A stretch of DNA of 63,773 nucleotides, counting the filler, from Lenisia limosa (lineage: Eukaryota; Protista; Breviatea): the NCBI GenBank assembly GCA_001655205.1. It is 6 parts of 6 records of this genome, joined end to end, with 100 filler letters (N's around TTAATTAATTAA, not from the genome) between each part and the next. Parts side by side here need not be neighbours in the genome. Positions count along the whole stretch, not along the records: positions 36,479 to 46,961 come from LPNZ01005337.1; positions 47,062 to 51,781 come from LPNZ01009225.1; positions 51,882 to 57,818 come from LPNZ01003213.1; 3 more parts are not named here. One strand, written 5' to 3'. Position 1 is the first letter of the stretch. The number at the start of each line of letters is the position of its first letter. The notes below the pieces were generated by a model. It was not told the DNA's origin. It was given only the letters and a program-made list of their open reading frames with translations, and ran no database searches. Positions 43,901 through 57,660 of this stretch are shown piece by piece. Position numbers and translations under genes: made by a program.

Positions 43901-46900
43901 AAGATTATTATTACATTATCAGCATGATCAATATCATCATCAGCAACATTAGTGCCATGACAGCCGTTGACCCCCCCCCCTCCCAGTGGACCCCCCATCC
44001 TACTGGATGATTGATGATCTTGCTGCCCTNNNNNNNNNNNNNNNNNNNNNNNNNNNNNNNNNNNNNNNNNNNTCCTCCCTCTCGTCCATCAGCATCATTT
44101 CGGCCCCGCTGCCGGCCGATATCAAAGTCAGTTGAACTTCTCCAACATTGGACAATTTTTGAGCATGGGCATTCTCCAGTTCTCTTTTTTCTGTTCTTTT
44201 GGACCTGAGGCGAAGCTTTTGATTTAATATACAATCTAGTATGATTATAAAAGTTTTGCTCAAATGCGCGGATTAAAAAATGCGAGGATTAAAGAGGGTA
44301 GTTCAGATTTAACGATACTTTATTTATCTTTTTTCCCACAAAACTTGTGATTCTCAGAAATCAAGATTTCTCAGGCATACATGTAACTTCTTACTCCTTA
44401 GCCGTTTTCTGATCTGCCAACTATCCGCATTCGTCTGCTCAGTTCAGATAAGTCCAAAATCTCAAACCGCGTGGGTGGAGGTTCATCCGGTTGTAACGCT
44501 TCGTATTATTATACCAATCCCCAGCGCAAATTGTTATGCTGATTATTATTATTTATTTTTTTTGCTTATTCACCCCTCTTCATTGCCCGCATAGGCTGTC
44601 CGTCTCCAAGCCGCCCCGTTGGACATCGAGGGTGACACGGACGCGTCAAGTTTGGCTTATCTAACGAACGCGCTTCAATTCACCGATAGTGATGGTGCGA
44701 GAGGGGAATGATGCATCCCCAGAATGTTGTACTATTAGTTAATTCCATCTCACTGTGCGTAATAGAGTTGTTTTGGTATTGTTTTATAAATTTCATCTTG
44801 CATGTATCCGTTAACCCCCTAGGATATGCCGAGTTCACCTCTGTGCAAGTTACAGCATGGCAAGGAGCACGTCTCCATCTTTACGCTGTCTGTGAGTCCA
44901 TTAAAGAGGTTTGTCGGGGCTTCTTTGTGCTGAAATCCATTGTATCTGATCGAGAAAAAATGTCAATAATCTATTTTTGATTTTTTTATTCAGGTCGAAT
45001 ATATCTCAACTTACCATACTGGAAAGATGTTGCAGTCCCACTTACCATATTTGGAAGCTGTGCAGTCCCACTTACCATATTAGGAAGTTGTCGCAGTCCC
45101 TCCCAACCTGCCTAGTCCGACCTATCCCATTGCTGGTCTCTCCAAGAGCCTCATAACCAGCGTCAACGCTACCCTAGGTTCGTTATCAGGCAAGTACTGC
45201 ATGAAGCAATATTTCGTGATGATTCATTTGGTTAAAGTGTGTTTGAAACTTCCCATCCCCCATGAATTTCCATTTTTCACCCCCCCCCCCTCCAGACCTC
45301 CATGATATTATTACGTTTTCACCAGGGCTTTTTTGTTTCATAAATTTTCCAATTTTACTCCCTCAGACCTCCCCGGTGTTATGACAGAAATGGAACCGGT
45401 CCGGTTTGTGGCCAAAATCAGCACTGCTGACGGCAAGGACCTCTCCGGCCGCCGCATCTTCATGGACATCATATCCAGGCCTAAGGACTCGAGAAAACCT
45501 AGCGAGGTTGGTGGGGAGTAAGAGACAAGGTATTGAAAACGTAAATTTGTACTAAAATTTGAAGTGAACAACATATATGATATGATATGATATATTGTAA
45601 TCTATACTTTATTTGAGACTTGACAGTCAAATTTTGTAATTTATTTCCTCTGAAAATTTACTGAATGGAGATCTGCTTTTTTATAGTTGGTATATGTTAT
45701 TTATGTACATATAGTACAACTACATGTCATATCATAACTACTATTATATTATATATTTATATCAAATGTATGGTGTACTACATATGATATATCATTTTGG
45801 CCTTTGGCTCCAATCTTGGCATTTTTGTTCTTATCCAGGCCTTTTTGTTCTGATAATGTTGACTGACTCAACCAGCTGAACCCCTCCCCTTATTGGTCAA
45901 TTGGCACGAAGCAAATCATGAACCCCGTGTCCCCTCCAACCAACGACAAGGTAGGCAGGAAAATGAGGGGCAATCATGAGGGGCAATAACCAGGGCGTAC
46001 CTACGGTTCAAAAAAGACTCGAGGATTTATTGAGGATTTACCGAGAAATTCAGTCTTTTTTTGGTACCGTAGGCAAGTCGTAGCAATAATATGAGGGGTA
46101 TAACATGGTCCAAAAAGGGTTCGTGGGGTTTACTGTCTTTCTGATAAATGTTATGATGACGCCTCTTCCCCCCTCATCAGGGAGGCGAGGGGAAAGAAGC
46201 TTTACGCAACCAACCAATCACGTTTACTTTTCAGTGGTTCATCGTTTACCCCCCCCCCNNNNNNNNNNNNNNNNNNNNNNNNNNNNNNNNNNNNNNNNNN
46301 NNNNNNNNNNNNNNNNNNNNNNNNNNNNNNNNNNNNGACTACACACTCAGAATGACTGCTGAGGTGGGAGGGACTGCTGCGCAAATCAGATGCGCTGTTC
46401 TTTTGTGAAATAAAAGCTCTTTTTAGCAAATTTTTCTTTTGTGAAATACAAGCTCTTCAGAACATATTTCTTTGAGTAATTGGCATCTAGGTTGATATTA
46501 GTATATCAACGAACAATATTACTCAGTATCATAGTGTCTGACGCGCGTGATAATTATGGAGGTAAAATAAGATCTGTTGAACCAAGAACTTCCCTACGGT
46601 CCCAAAAAGACTGAATTTCTCGATTAATCCTTGATTAATTGTGATATTGTAACGGGCTTTTTCGGACCGTTGGGAAGCCCTAGATATGACATGAATTCAA
46701 CTCTCTCACACTTCAGAACGTTGAGTCGCAGAATATTATTGTCGACGTGCAGTCTTCTCTTCTGGATGGTTTGAGGGTATAATGAAGTAGCCTAAGAATG
46801 TGATACCCTCACAGTTGTCTAATTTTACCCTCTTTGATGACTGGACAATTCACCACATTTTAGTTTCCCCCCTATACTGCAGTAACCTGACTGGAATCCC
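40908..46900 (+). CDS. Large membrane-anchored protein with repeated Ig-like beta-sandwich modules (3' end cut at linker)
   Basis: A charged N-terminus, then the hydrophobic TLIFLFIFVLLTL, then recurring motifs LTGTLTKTTNDEG/VVTFEDIFISTARPGSYYINV, LQFTDSDG/YAEFTSVQV, PTNDK/GFVGFTV, DYTLRMTAE, LWLRNRDGY, PTIRIRLL. Confidence 0.6.
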
Positions 46901-47099
46901 TAGACTTTATTTCTATTACATATCATATATTCCTGCGCTCTAGAAGCTCCCCCCCCCCCCCNNNNNNNNNNNNNNNNNNNNNNNNNNNNNNNNNNNNNNN
47001 NNNNNTTAATTAATTAANNNNNNNNNNNNNNNNNNNNNNNNNNNNNNNNNNNNNNNNNNNNGTAAAATTGGAAAATTTATGAACAAAAAAGCCCAAATC

Positions 47100-49800
47100 A
47101 ACTCGGATAATCGGGGAAAATCACTACTAGTTTACCCATGAACAAAAAAACAAGAAATACGTATGGATACAGGGTGTCATGAGGTCACCAAATTATGGGC
47201 ATCAGATGAGAAGACTGTAGTCAGAAGAGGATAAATTAACTAGAACAGTACGGTATCATACAATATCATTTGATAATTAATTTTTACCCCCACCCCTTAC
47301 TATTAAACAACCCCATCCCTTAGTTAGGGCTTCACTCCAATCCAGAAAATAACAGAATTTCTATCTAAATCGACAGTAAATATTGATATTTTATCTGGGG
47401 GAAGCAGTTCCCTCACTAACCTCATCCTCGGCTGCCTCAAGTGCTCGAAGTTCCCTCTTCTCGTCACGAGTGAGAACCGGCTGGGCATATCCATGTTTGG
47501 CCGAGTTGATTTGCTTTCGCAATCGGTCGGGTAGCTGCGTTGTCAAAAGTGTATATCACAGCACGTCATATCAAAGATTGTACTATATAGCTTATATGAT
47601 ACCGAGATACGAAATAAAAATTATGTTAATATTCATAATGGGATCCCAATATTTTTCAAGTTTATCTCTAGATAATAGTCAAAATGTGTTCAGTTGATTT
47701 GATGGCGCGATCGATCAGGTAACTACGTTATTAAAAGTGTACTTCATACATATTTTTTTTAATACCCCCTGGTATTGTTTTAATATTTTTTTTTTAAAAA
47801 AAATAATCCCCCCCCCCCCAACCTTTCCTTGGGTTTTCTTTGCGTGTGTGCCCGTGTAGGTAGCCTGTGTTTTGGAGTCATCTGAAAACCCTGAGAGGCC
47901 TGACCCTCTGGATCGAGCTGACGATGGCATTGCTGACTCAGTCTGGTTTGGTCATGGGGAACGACAAAGTCGGATTTCAGGCATTTTCACACGTATTAAT
48001 TATCATTTTAACACTCGTTTTGACATTGCCTCAGACAAACCGAATGGAAGCGATGGGCTGAAATGGACGCTTCATCAGGAAGAACCCCAGTAGACTGGAA
48101 GCTTAGATAACCGGCCAATTATAGATGAATGTGTTACAGACTGTGATAGTCCTGACTCGAGTATTGCGCTTTGTCGTAAGTCAATCGTGTCAGGACTTAT
48201 TGCAGTCAGTGTATAAGTATAGTTTACAAAAACTATTGCCAATGATTTATAAAATATATTTATTTTTTAAAAAAATATTTAGAAAAACACAATCTACAAT
48301 ATAATATACATCAAACAATAGTCTTGCATCTTGGCAAAACAGTATAGCCATATAGTACAATATCAGGATATGTAGCTATATCGATATAGAATGCAATGCA
48401 TCAGATACATGGCATAATAATGAGCCAGAATTTAGGCCCCAAGCCAACTTACTTTTGTTGCAAGTGGAGAGGCCAGGTGGGAGCGTCGGTTGAGCTTTGG
48501 GGATCCGGTTCCACTAAACACAATTCAATTACATTATTATCAAAAATGGAAGCTGAACATATTGACATGAGACACTTTATTTCAAATTTTGTACTCATCT
48601 TCAATAACTTCCCCATCCCACCGAATTCTCAACCAACCTTCCCCCNNNNNNNNNNNNNNNNNNNNNNNNNNNNNNNNNNNNNNNNNNNNNNNNNNNNNNN
48701 NNNNNNNNNNNNNNNNNNNNNNNNNNNNNNNNNNNNNNNNNNNNNNNNNNNNNNNNNNNNNNNNNNNNNNNNNNNNNNNNNNNNNNNNNNNNNNNNNNNN
48801 NNNNNNNNNNNNNNNNNNNNNNNNNNNNNNNNNNNNNNNNNNNNNNNNNNNNNNNNNNNNNNNNNNNNNNNNNCCCCCCCCCCCTCCACAATACATTAAT
48901 ATGATGGTTTGCTATCTCCATATCCCCAAGAAATATATGAGCATCTGAGAGACAACGGTGATAACGCAATGGTACAACCCAAGTGTGCCACTGAGCCTAA
49001 TACTCAAGTCACACTGAGTCAACAGTTTGCGATCAAAAAAAAAAAAAAAAAAATCCTGAGCACCNNNNNNNNNNNNNNNNNNNNNNNNNNNNNNNNNNNN
49101 NNNNNNNNNNNNNNNNNNNNNNNNNNNNNNNNNNNNNNNNNNNNNNNNNNNNNNNNNNNNNNNNNNNNNNNNNNNNNNNNNNNNNNNNNNNNNNNNNNNN
49201 NNNNNNNNNNNNNNNNNNNNNNNNNNNNNNNNNNNNNNNNNNNNNNNNGCTCTTGGTACTGGTGGACTCGCCACCATTCTGAAGGGTAAAATAACTGATG
49301 ATCACATTCTAAAGGGTTCAATAATTAATTATAATAATATTTGATCATCACATTCTGAAGCCCGAGAATAATATAATTGATGATCACAGCACCAAGGCTT
49401 CCCTTCAGTCTCAAAAAAAACTGAATTTCGAGATTAATCCAAGATGAATCGCTTCCATTCAGAGCTTTTCAATCCCACACTACCTGGATAAACTGCGTCT
49501 GATCAAGACACCTTCATTTTCTTAAGCTTATTCTCAAGTTGTTATGACTCACTAAATCCTGTAAGATTTTAAATGACATAACACAACTAATTGCGAAATA
49601 TACTCAACAAATAAAATCCCAAAGCAAATGATTGTGTGAAGGAGAGTATAACAAGCTTTTCAGACTCTTGCCAGTTTGTAAGGGGCTTTCGACAAAAGAA
49701 CGGAGGACGCTGAAGGAGGAGTAAACAGAGAGACAGACTGCAGACAGAGAAACACTGAGAGAACTGTGAATGAAAACACTTGTCCAGAGAGCACACTTGA
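47100..49800 (-). CDS. Hypothetical multi-exon protein (partial, gaps)
   Basis: Splice-bounded exons AQWHTWVVPLRYHRCLSDAHIFLGDMEIANHHIN; GTGSPKLNRRSHLASPLATK; LTAISPDTIDLRQSAILESGLSQS/STGVLPDEASISAHRFHS/TESAMPSSARSRGS...; LPDRLRKQINSAKHGYAQPVLTRDEKRELRALEAAEDE. Confidence 0.45.
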
Positions 49801-50659
49801 CTTTCAAACATGTATTTGGAATCAAAAAATAAAATACTATATGTATCTCAATGATATAAATGATAGCATAGCTTGTATAACTATAATAACATTAGTACAA
49901 ATGTTGCAAATAAGACCATTCAAAAATGTAAGAAGAGGTGAAAGACCACGAGAACATAGAGAAAGATGAAAGAAGAGCATACACCGCTAGAAACAAAAGA
50001 AAATCAACACAACATTTCACCTTCCACGCTCTTCTCCCTCCTACCACCAATAAATATAGGTAACTCATATATTTAAGTAGAAACCGTATCAAAACACAGA
50101 CTATTTATACTCATCACTTCATTGATAAGATCTCACCTTTTTGGAGGTCACAAGAGTTGATCAGAAACACAAAGAAATACAATATTATTTTGTTTTTACT
50201 CACGCTGCTTTATACTGTTGCAAATTTGGATTTTTTTTCTCAAAACCACAAAACACCCAAGTACATCATTGTAATTAATGTTACAAATGTAAAACTGCTT
50301 CATTTATCACTCTTGTTTTTGCGCCTTTCTCTCCCCTCCCTTTGCTTTATTGTTCTTTATATAGTACTAGATAAGTATATAACAATGTAAAAAGTCAAAA
50401 TTTCAATTGTGACAACTAAAGTAGCTGGATCTATCTAGTCACCAAGTGAAGCTGTTGACTATTAGCCCTATCGGAAGGAGCATAAGTGGTTTTGTGGATG
50501 TAAAGGTGTGTGGGGTGTATGGGGACGCCCTGTCTCATAATACATTATGTGTTGGTAATGGTATCTTAATTCCTCTTCACACCACTCTAATCACTTAGAC
50601 CCTTGGAGTGCATCATGAAGATTGTAAATGAAGAGACCGTGTCCCGCCTGTTCGAAGAA

Positions 50660-50775
50660 CCTGCTCTTGCTGAACTGAGATATGACGTGAGGGAGGGGTT
50701 GCTCTTGCTGAACTGAGATATGATGTGGGGGAGGGGTTTCTATTGCTGAACTGAGATATGACGTGGGGGAAGGGG
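50660..50775 (+). repeat. Tandem minisatellite, ~38 bp x3
   Basis: GCTGAACTGAGATATGA(C/T)GTG.GGGAGGGGTT repeated three times. Confidence 0.85.
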
Positions 50776-51654
50776 TTTTGACTTCCAAGTTTCAGGTGCT
50801 GTTTACACATAAATTGAAACCCCAGCCTAATTATTTTGTGATGGTATGCGGTGCTGCAGAAGCGACTGGACTGGACTTTGTGTGTTTTGCTGTTTTAAGC
50901 CCTCGTGTGTTGGCAGCCGACAGAGTTGATTCAGGGTTTTGTTTTTGTAACAAAGTTCCACTTCTCTCTTTATTTTATACTGATTTTTTCAGCTGGCTGA
51001 TCACCTTGATAACTTAACTGAGGTAAGTGACTGGGGTAGGGCAAAAGGTGGATTAGGCGGAGGGGTGGGGGGTCTTTCCTATTTTTTAACTGGAATTAAC
51101 CTCAGACTTGGGTTGATTTCCAATCCAAGATATTTTGAACTGTACAACCTTATTCTCACATTTTGGGCATTTCCAGACAATCATGTTAGAATAGTTACAC
51201 TTGGGGTGAACACTCATGGTATAATAGAATGACAAAACTTCTGGGGTGAACCCTCATGTTATCTTCGTTCATCGTTCGACTCGAAAGTGGTTCTTATGAT
51301 CATACATATCACAAGTAGATTTTTCTGTGGTAATATAAATAGTATTGTTTTTGTTTTACTGCCGCTCTTTCCCCTACCGTAATTTTCCTAAAGATATGCG
51401 TCAACTCCCCCCCTCCAAACACAGTATTGACAATGGTGTAAATCCTCGCGAGATACATATATTTACCCCAAGTGGTTTAACACCTTCCCAAGTGGTTTAA
51501 CACCTTCCCAAGTGGTTTAACACCCGTATTGTTCTGGGCCTTCTTTGTTTTCATAAAATTTTCCATTTTTACTCCACCCCCTCGATATATTTTTACCCGC
51601 TCAAGGTTATATCGAAATGTGCCCAAACCAATGGCGTATCTGTCAGTGCTCTTG

Positions 51655-51781
51655 ATATCAGCAAAGATATAGTTGGGGGTGGCTTGGACATCAGCAAAGA
51701 TATAGTTGGGAGTGGCTGGACATCAGCAAAGATATAGTTGGGGGTGGCTTGGACATCAGCAAAGATATAGTTGGGAGTGGC
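51655..51781 (+). repeat. Tandem minisatellite of alternating 33/32-bp units running into the contig end
   Basis: CATCAGCAAAGATATAGTTGGGGGTGGCTTGGA alternates with CATCAGCAAAGATATAGTTGGGAGTGGCTGGA. There are no spacers. Confidence 0.9.
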
Positions 51782-51969
51782 NNNNNNNNNNNNNNNNNNN
51801 NNNNNNNNNNNNNNNNNNNNNNNNNTTAATTAATTAANNNNNNNNNNNNNNNNNNNNNNNNNNNNNNNNNNNNNNNNNNNNTAGTTCAAATAAATTCACA
51901 GATAGAGGAAAATTCACAGATATATGGACGGTGTGATATGTATGATATACTACCATATATAACATGATT

Positions 51970-54400
51970 CAAAACAACTTGGACATTAAAACCCAGACAA
52001 GTAGAAAAACACATGTGAAAGAGTTTGATTCAGTTGACAAATTATTAAAAAGTTGTCCAACCAATAAAAGGTCTTTACAGAGGAAGTATGAACCAACCTT
52101 TTCCCTTCTTTCAAAAAGTTCTTGTCGCTCCTGTTGTCGTTGTATGATGGAGGACATCCGCTCTTCTAATCTTTTTTGCTTTTTGATTTGTTCAAGTTCC
52201 AGTCTCATCATGAGAATATCCTTCTCCACCTTGGCTTTGTCTTCTTGCTCACCTAAAAAAAAATGAACATTCCATTTTACATTGGGACACAAAAATAACC
52301 ATACCGGAGTGTAGAGCGGCTGGGTCATCTGGGATATTCTGTGTAAGGGGCCTGAACATTTGTTCCGCAATTATCCCAGGCCTGTGTTGGAAGGTAGTGG
52401 GCGGTTGTGTTGGGTGAATTGTTGTCGGTTTTGAGAGGGGAATTGGTAACGGCTTTGCAGGCGGAGCTGTTGACGATGATGGTTTTGAAGATCTTATCGG
52501 TTTTGCAATCGATTTTAAGGATGTAACTGTTGATCTTGCAGGGGGAATTACTGACGATCTTGACGGGGGGGGTGTCGACGGTTTTGAGGAGGGAATTAAA
52601 AAAGGTTGCGGAGGGGGAACTGATAAGAGTTTTGCAAGAGTTTCCGAGGGTTTTGATGAGGGGACTGAGGGTTTTGATGAGGGGACTGAGGGTTTTGATG
52701 AGGGGACTGAGGGTTTTGATGAGGGTTTTGATGAGGGTTTTGATGAGGAAGGAACAGCGACGTATGCCGGATTCAGGGGGTAAATTCGAGCTGGTGGTTC
52801 ATCAGCTGTAGGGTAGTGTCTTGGTGCTAACTCCAGTAGATTAACTGGTTCAGAGAATACGGACAAAGAGTCCGGCCTAAAATATGAAAAACCATAAAAA
52901 TAACTTATATAATACTTACCAACACACTGTCTTGCAGACGGGGCAATGCCATCTTTCGGTAAATTCAAATTTACCCTTCATCATTCTGAATAGTAAAGTG
53001 TAATATCAAGAAAATAGTTGTAGATCAAAGAATTCGTTTAATTTATTCTTTTATCAAAGTGAAACAACAGTCACAAATAACACGTATCATATTCTATTAA
53101 TATACCATGTACCATATTATTTGGGCCTGGTGTAAGCCCACTAACCTTCTCGAGTAAATATTGAACTTAAAGAACTCACTCAATTTCATACCCTAATACA
53201 TCATAAATCAAAAGTTGTAGAACAATTGCAAGTGGAAAAAAAGAGAGATACAAACCTTCCTATGGAAGCAGTACCTTCCATAAAATTCAGCTACAGCAGT
53301 GAGAAATGAGTTTTGCAAGAAAAGGGTCTGAGTTTATCTCTTGTTGTAGAACATTAACAAGGCTTACCGTCGACTCTACAATTGAGTTTTTCGCAGAAAT
53401 AGTCCCCTTGGCTGAAGGCACTCGGTAATTTTGCAAAGAAGCCAATACAGAAAACAGGGCCAGGAACATCCAGCTTGAACAGTGAGATTTCTTTAGGAAT
53501 ACCTATAAATATGGATCTCAATCATAAATATCATGATATTTACTTTTAGTCCTTCAAAACGGGTAAAAAAGAGGATAAGCTTACAGGATTAAAGGTAAAG
53601 TTCAGCGTGCAATTGGTAGGGAGATGGTACATTCCCTCTCCAGAAAGGATAGGTTGATTGTTTTGGTTTACCCAAAAGGCCACTTTAGAGCGTATCTTAG
53701 AGTATGTCAAAGAAAAGGAAAAAAACGCATCTTGTTAAAGGTAACACGGCAATCATGAAGACAACATACAGCATAAAGATCAGTGTCTTGGTGGGACTCG
53801 GGGGCATTTACTAAAAACAGCACATGAAGAGCTTTGTCTTTGTCTCTTTCCTAAAATAATCGAATGTTAGTGTTTTTCTCCTTTTATCCTTTGATTGTTG
53901 ATGTACATATACTTTTCTTGCTCTCAAAAATCCTCAGTCAACCCAATAAGCAAAAAAAAACATTGAAAATAGACTTATTATTCATACCTTGTAGTTGTAT
54001 GTGAATTGACAGTCTTCGCGGTTTTTCTTGACTGCAACCATTAAAAATGCCCATTCAGTAAGACAACCCGCCTTGTTTCTATATGTACTTCTACAACCTC
54101 GCGCCATACACACCTTTAAACATAAACTCAATTCGTTGGAAAATAAGGAAGAAATCTTCGGCCATCGCATGCCACCTCAAGTACTCACAACATCTGGGAT
54201 ATAAGCTCCAAACTCTTAAAATATGCCCTTACATTCTACGTACCTTTCCTCATCAGTACGACTCATTCGGGACCTTGGTATCCGTGGTTTGAAGAAGTCA
54301 TTTGGTATGTGTTTGAGCCGCTGATTAAAGAAGGTGAGACCTTTGGGGCTCGTTCCAACAGGGAACTTTCGCTGCATGTTAACACTTGAAGCTAGGATAT
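51970..54400 (-). CDS. Hypothetical protein with Pro/Ser/Lys tandem-repeat linker and C-terminal coiled coil
   Basis: Exons MQRKFPVGTSPKGLTFFNQRLKHIPNDFFKP; YPRCCEYLRWHAMAEDFFLIFQRIEFMFK; KVAFWVNQNNQPILSGEG; 21-bp coding repeat (PSSKPSV)n at 52640-52745; GEQEDKAKVEKDILMMRLELEQIKKQKRLEE. Confidence 0.6.
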
Positions 54401-54920
54401 CCTCCTTGTGTGCAATTTCCTGGTCTCAAAGGTCCGATCAAAGTCAAACGAGCTGTGTGATAACTGTGTGATAATATTGTGATACTGAAATTATGCAAAA
54501 CTGATGTCACTGATTGTCTGACCTGATGTGAAAAATAACCAAAAAGTTGAACTCTTCAAAAATCTGGGGCTTTGAACTTACAAAAATATGGTATACAAAA
54601 AAAAATGCGCAGCCGCCAAAAGCCCCACCAAAGCCTTCCACATGGCAAAGAAGCAGANNNNNNNNNNNNNNNNNNNNNNNNNNNNNNNNNNNNNNNNNNN
54701 NNNNNNNNNNNNNNNNNNNNNNNNNNNNNNNNNNNNNNNNNNNNNNNNNNNNNNNNNNNNNNNNNNNNNNNCTTAACCTTTTTTTGGGCTCATGCTCTTT
54801 CCACGGACAGACAGTTTTTTATTGGCTTAATAAAAGTGGGATTAAAGCAATTTAAGCCACTTTGCTTTGTTGACCTCACTTTTGTCACTTCTTTCTGGCC
54901 GGTTGTCCCCTCTTCTTCAC

Positions 54921-55777
54921 TTATTATTCAACTCTTCAGACTTAGCCAAGAGGCCCAAAACCTCGTCCTTTCATGTATGTGGTGGAGTGGAATGAGGCTG
55001 GAATATCTACGCATGTTCTTTTGTAACATAGTATATTCTTTTTTTTTGAAACTTAGTGAATGCAGTGGGTGTCTGTCTCACCTCACCTTATTAGGCCTCT
55101 TCCCCTTCATCAAACTGGACAAACCACGGAGAGTTCTGCGGTTTCTCATTACTCACCCAGAATCTGTAGACTCTCCAGTCCAGTGCCAAGGCAGGCTCCT
55201 GACGCCGCTGATGTACGCTTGTCTTAATGACAGCTACAAGGCGGCTGAGGTCCTTCTGCGGCGTGGGGCTAGGTACGGCACCCGGGTCGGAAGAGTTTGC
55301 GGGGCGTTGTTATGAATCATGTTTGAAAAGACTACTTCCAATGTAACTTCTCAGAGAAATGCATATTTCTATTGCGCCCGTCTTTTTTATCGCCCGCAGT
55401 CGCCAAGGTGCATTGCGCTCCTCTTCAAATTTGGAATGAAGATGGAGCGGGGGCCACTGGTAGGCTATAGCTGTGTTGTTGTTTATGATACCTTTATTGT
55501 AATTGAGGGGTTTTTTGCTCCCCTGAAATCAACAAAATCTTTTATTTTGTTCTCTTACACACACACTCCTTAACAATAATAATAGGAGGAGGAGATGCTA
55601 GCCATTCTCAGCTGGCGGTTCCAGACAAGTGAAGACTTCGACTTAGGAATTCGCTCGTCAGACTGGGCCCTATGGAGGGTTGGAGTTACCGGCCTCTTTT
55701 GGGGGTACCGACGTCTCCATGGACCGCCACGGCGTTCTTTTGTAGGCTTATTTGGTTATAATACAATCGGTTCATAG
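54921..55777 (+). CDS. Ankyrin-repeat protein (ends approximate)
   Basis: LLTPLMYACLNDSYKAAEVLLRRGA is a canonical ankyrin repeat, followed by NAYFYCAR...RCIALLFKFG. Confidence 0.7.
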
Positions 55778-56478
55778 CTCCATGGCTGAATCTTATCGTT
55801 TTTCGTAAAGTTACTACAATGCAATTAATTTTCGGGTTTTTTGTGCCCTTTATAGATTCCCCTAATTCCCACTTTAGGTTAGGCGGCTGAAGTCCAAGGC
55901 CACAGAGCTGGGGAACTTTGAAGCCCTCAAGTTTTTAAATAGAATTTGAGGGGGGTTCAGTGGTTATTGCAAGAGGGAAGGATAATCTCATACGAGGATC
56001 TGAAACTTTGAAAACATGGTACCATAAGCTTGTATAAAATTAATTTTAATACAAGCCCATGATTGTACATCCCATGCTTGAAAATTTAGATACACGGATA
56101 CACGGCAACCAATTGAAAACCTCAACATGTAAGGAAATTCAATTTTTTTTTCGAATGTTCAAAAAGCTTTTGGACTTTTTGATGTTTCCCCCCCAGCATC
56201 ATTTTTTGAGCCATTTTTCCATTTTAAAAAAATTGAGGAAGCATAGGTAGGAAGGGACCTATTGAAAGTGTCCAAAAGCTTCTAGAATGTTCGAAAATCA
56301 AAAAAATCTCCTGATGGGGAATAGAATATTACCTGTCTACTTAACCATGACCCAACCCAACAGGCAGTTGTGCAGTTTGTAAATCAGAAAATCAGCGGAT
56401 ACAAATTATTAATATATTGGTAAAAATGTAGAATAGACACAAAAAACAAACAACACTAAACCTATAACACCAAAGTAG

Positions 56479-57660
56479 TTACTCAGACTCTTCAGAACTT
56501 TCATCATCATCCGAGCTTATCTGGGGGTCAGTTGAGATATCGTCCACGTCAGAAGACACACCAGTCGAGGTTGAAGTAGTTTCATCATCGCTACTCTCCT
56601 CATCTTTCTGAACAGTGAAATTGGTTTTGAATGAGTCTAAAACAACAAAACAATAACAAAAAACGCAAACTTTTAAGCTGGCTTTCTTTACTTCTTCTTT
56701 CTTCTTCATCTCTTCTTCGGCTTTCTTTTTCAGCCTTTTCTCAGCAGCTAATTCTCTACGGCGAGCATTTTTGAGGTCTTTCTTTTTTTGAGCAGATAAC
56801 TCACGACAAACTTCCTTCTTCTTGTTCTTTTTCTTTTCTTCGTCCTCCTCTTCCTTCTTCTTTTTCTTCTCCAATTTTGCCTTCGCCTAATACATATTAC
56901 AAATACGCTTCCAAAGAGAAAGATAATTATTGAGTTTTAGTAATGTGAAAAAATGAGGTATAGCATAATAAGTCATATCAATAACAATAACACCAACTTA
57001 AAAAAAAAAAAAAAAATGAGGCAATATGAGTGGCTGTTACCCAACAATATGCATCGCATCAGAAAAATAATAATATTTCTCTCAAACATGTCTCTCGGAA
57101 ACTGCCTCGGACTCGCGGAAAATGGCCTTACACTACGAATTTGAGTGGATGTGAGCTGGGAGTACAGTATCCGAATAATAAAAAGCCAAATACTACACCG
57201 AAGTTCTCACCTTCTTACGGATTTTCTTTGGACAGTTCGCAATTTCAGTTTGCACGTCTTCAAGATTTTTCTTTAACTCCTCCATTGAAAGAGGGCTAGC
57301 CTAAAGGTGTAATAAAAGAAACAAAAACGATATAGTACTAAATATGATATGTAACATGTGGTATAATATGAGTTGCCATAAGGTTGTCCAAGGACAATCG
57401 ATCAAGACTAACCACATTATACAATTATGACTAATAAGAGTAGTAACCACCCAACCTTAGGTACACGAATCTTAATTGGCTCCTTTCTCTTCTGCAATAA
57501 TATTAATAAGAATAAAAAAAGAGGGTGTAACAGAACATCATCGTTTGTCAGAAATAGAGCATTTCACATACTTTGGGAGTTGGTTCCGGCTTCTTTTGGA
57601 GGTACTTCTTACGGATAGCGGTCAGAGGTTCAAAAGCAAGGTCAATTTCGGCAGCTTCTT
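56479..57660 (-). CDS. Lys/Glu-rich protein with acidic Ser/Asp tail (5' end cut at linker)
   Basis: Exons GQEAAEIDLAFEPLTAIRKKYLQKKPEPTPK; KRKEPIKIRVPK; MEELKKNLEDVQTEIANCPKKIRKK; AKAKLEKKKKKEEEDEEKKK...; KDEESSDDETTSTSTGVSSD...ESE*. Confidence 0.6.

Noticed and set aside
45185-45200. GC donor sites (also ~16929 minus) as a sign of an unusual spliceosome
   Set aside because: GCAAGT donors are a normal minor U2-type class, and both models are tentative.
51655-51781. 32/33-bp direct repeats of CRISPR-like length
   Set aside because: The units are head-to-tail with no unique spacers, there are no cas genes, and the context is eukaryotic.
52530-52811. Plus-strand ORF with MRGLRVL repeats
   Set aside because: It is the antisense shadow of the PSSKPSV coding repeat on the minus strand.
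54572-55315. 247-aa ORF as a single-exon gene, and other X-rich ORFs
   Set aside because: They are inflated by N gaps and intron read-through. Only the ankyrin exon is supported.
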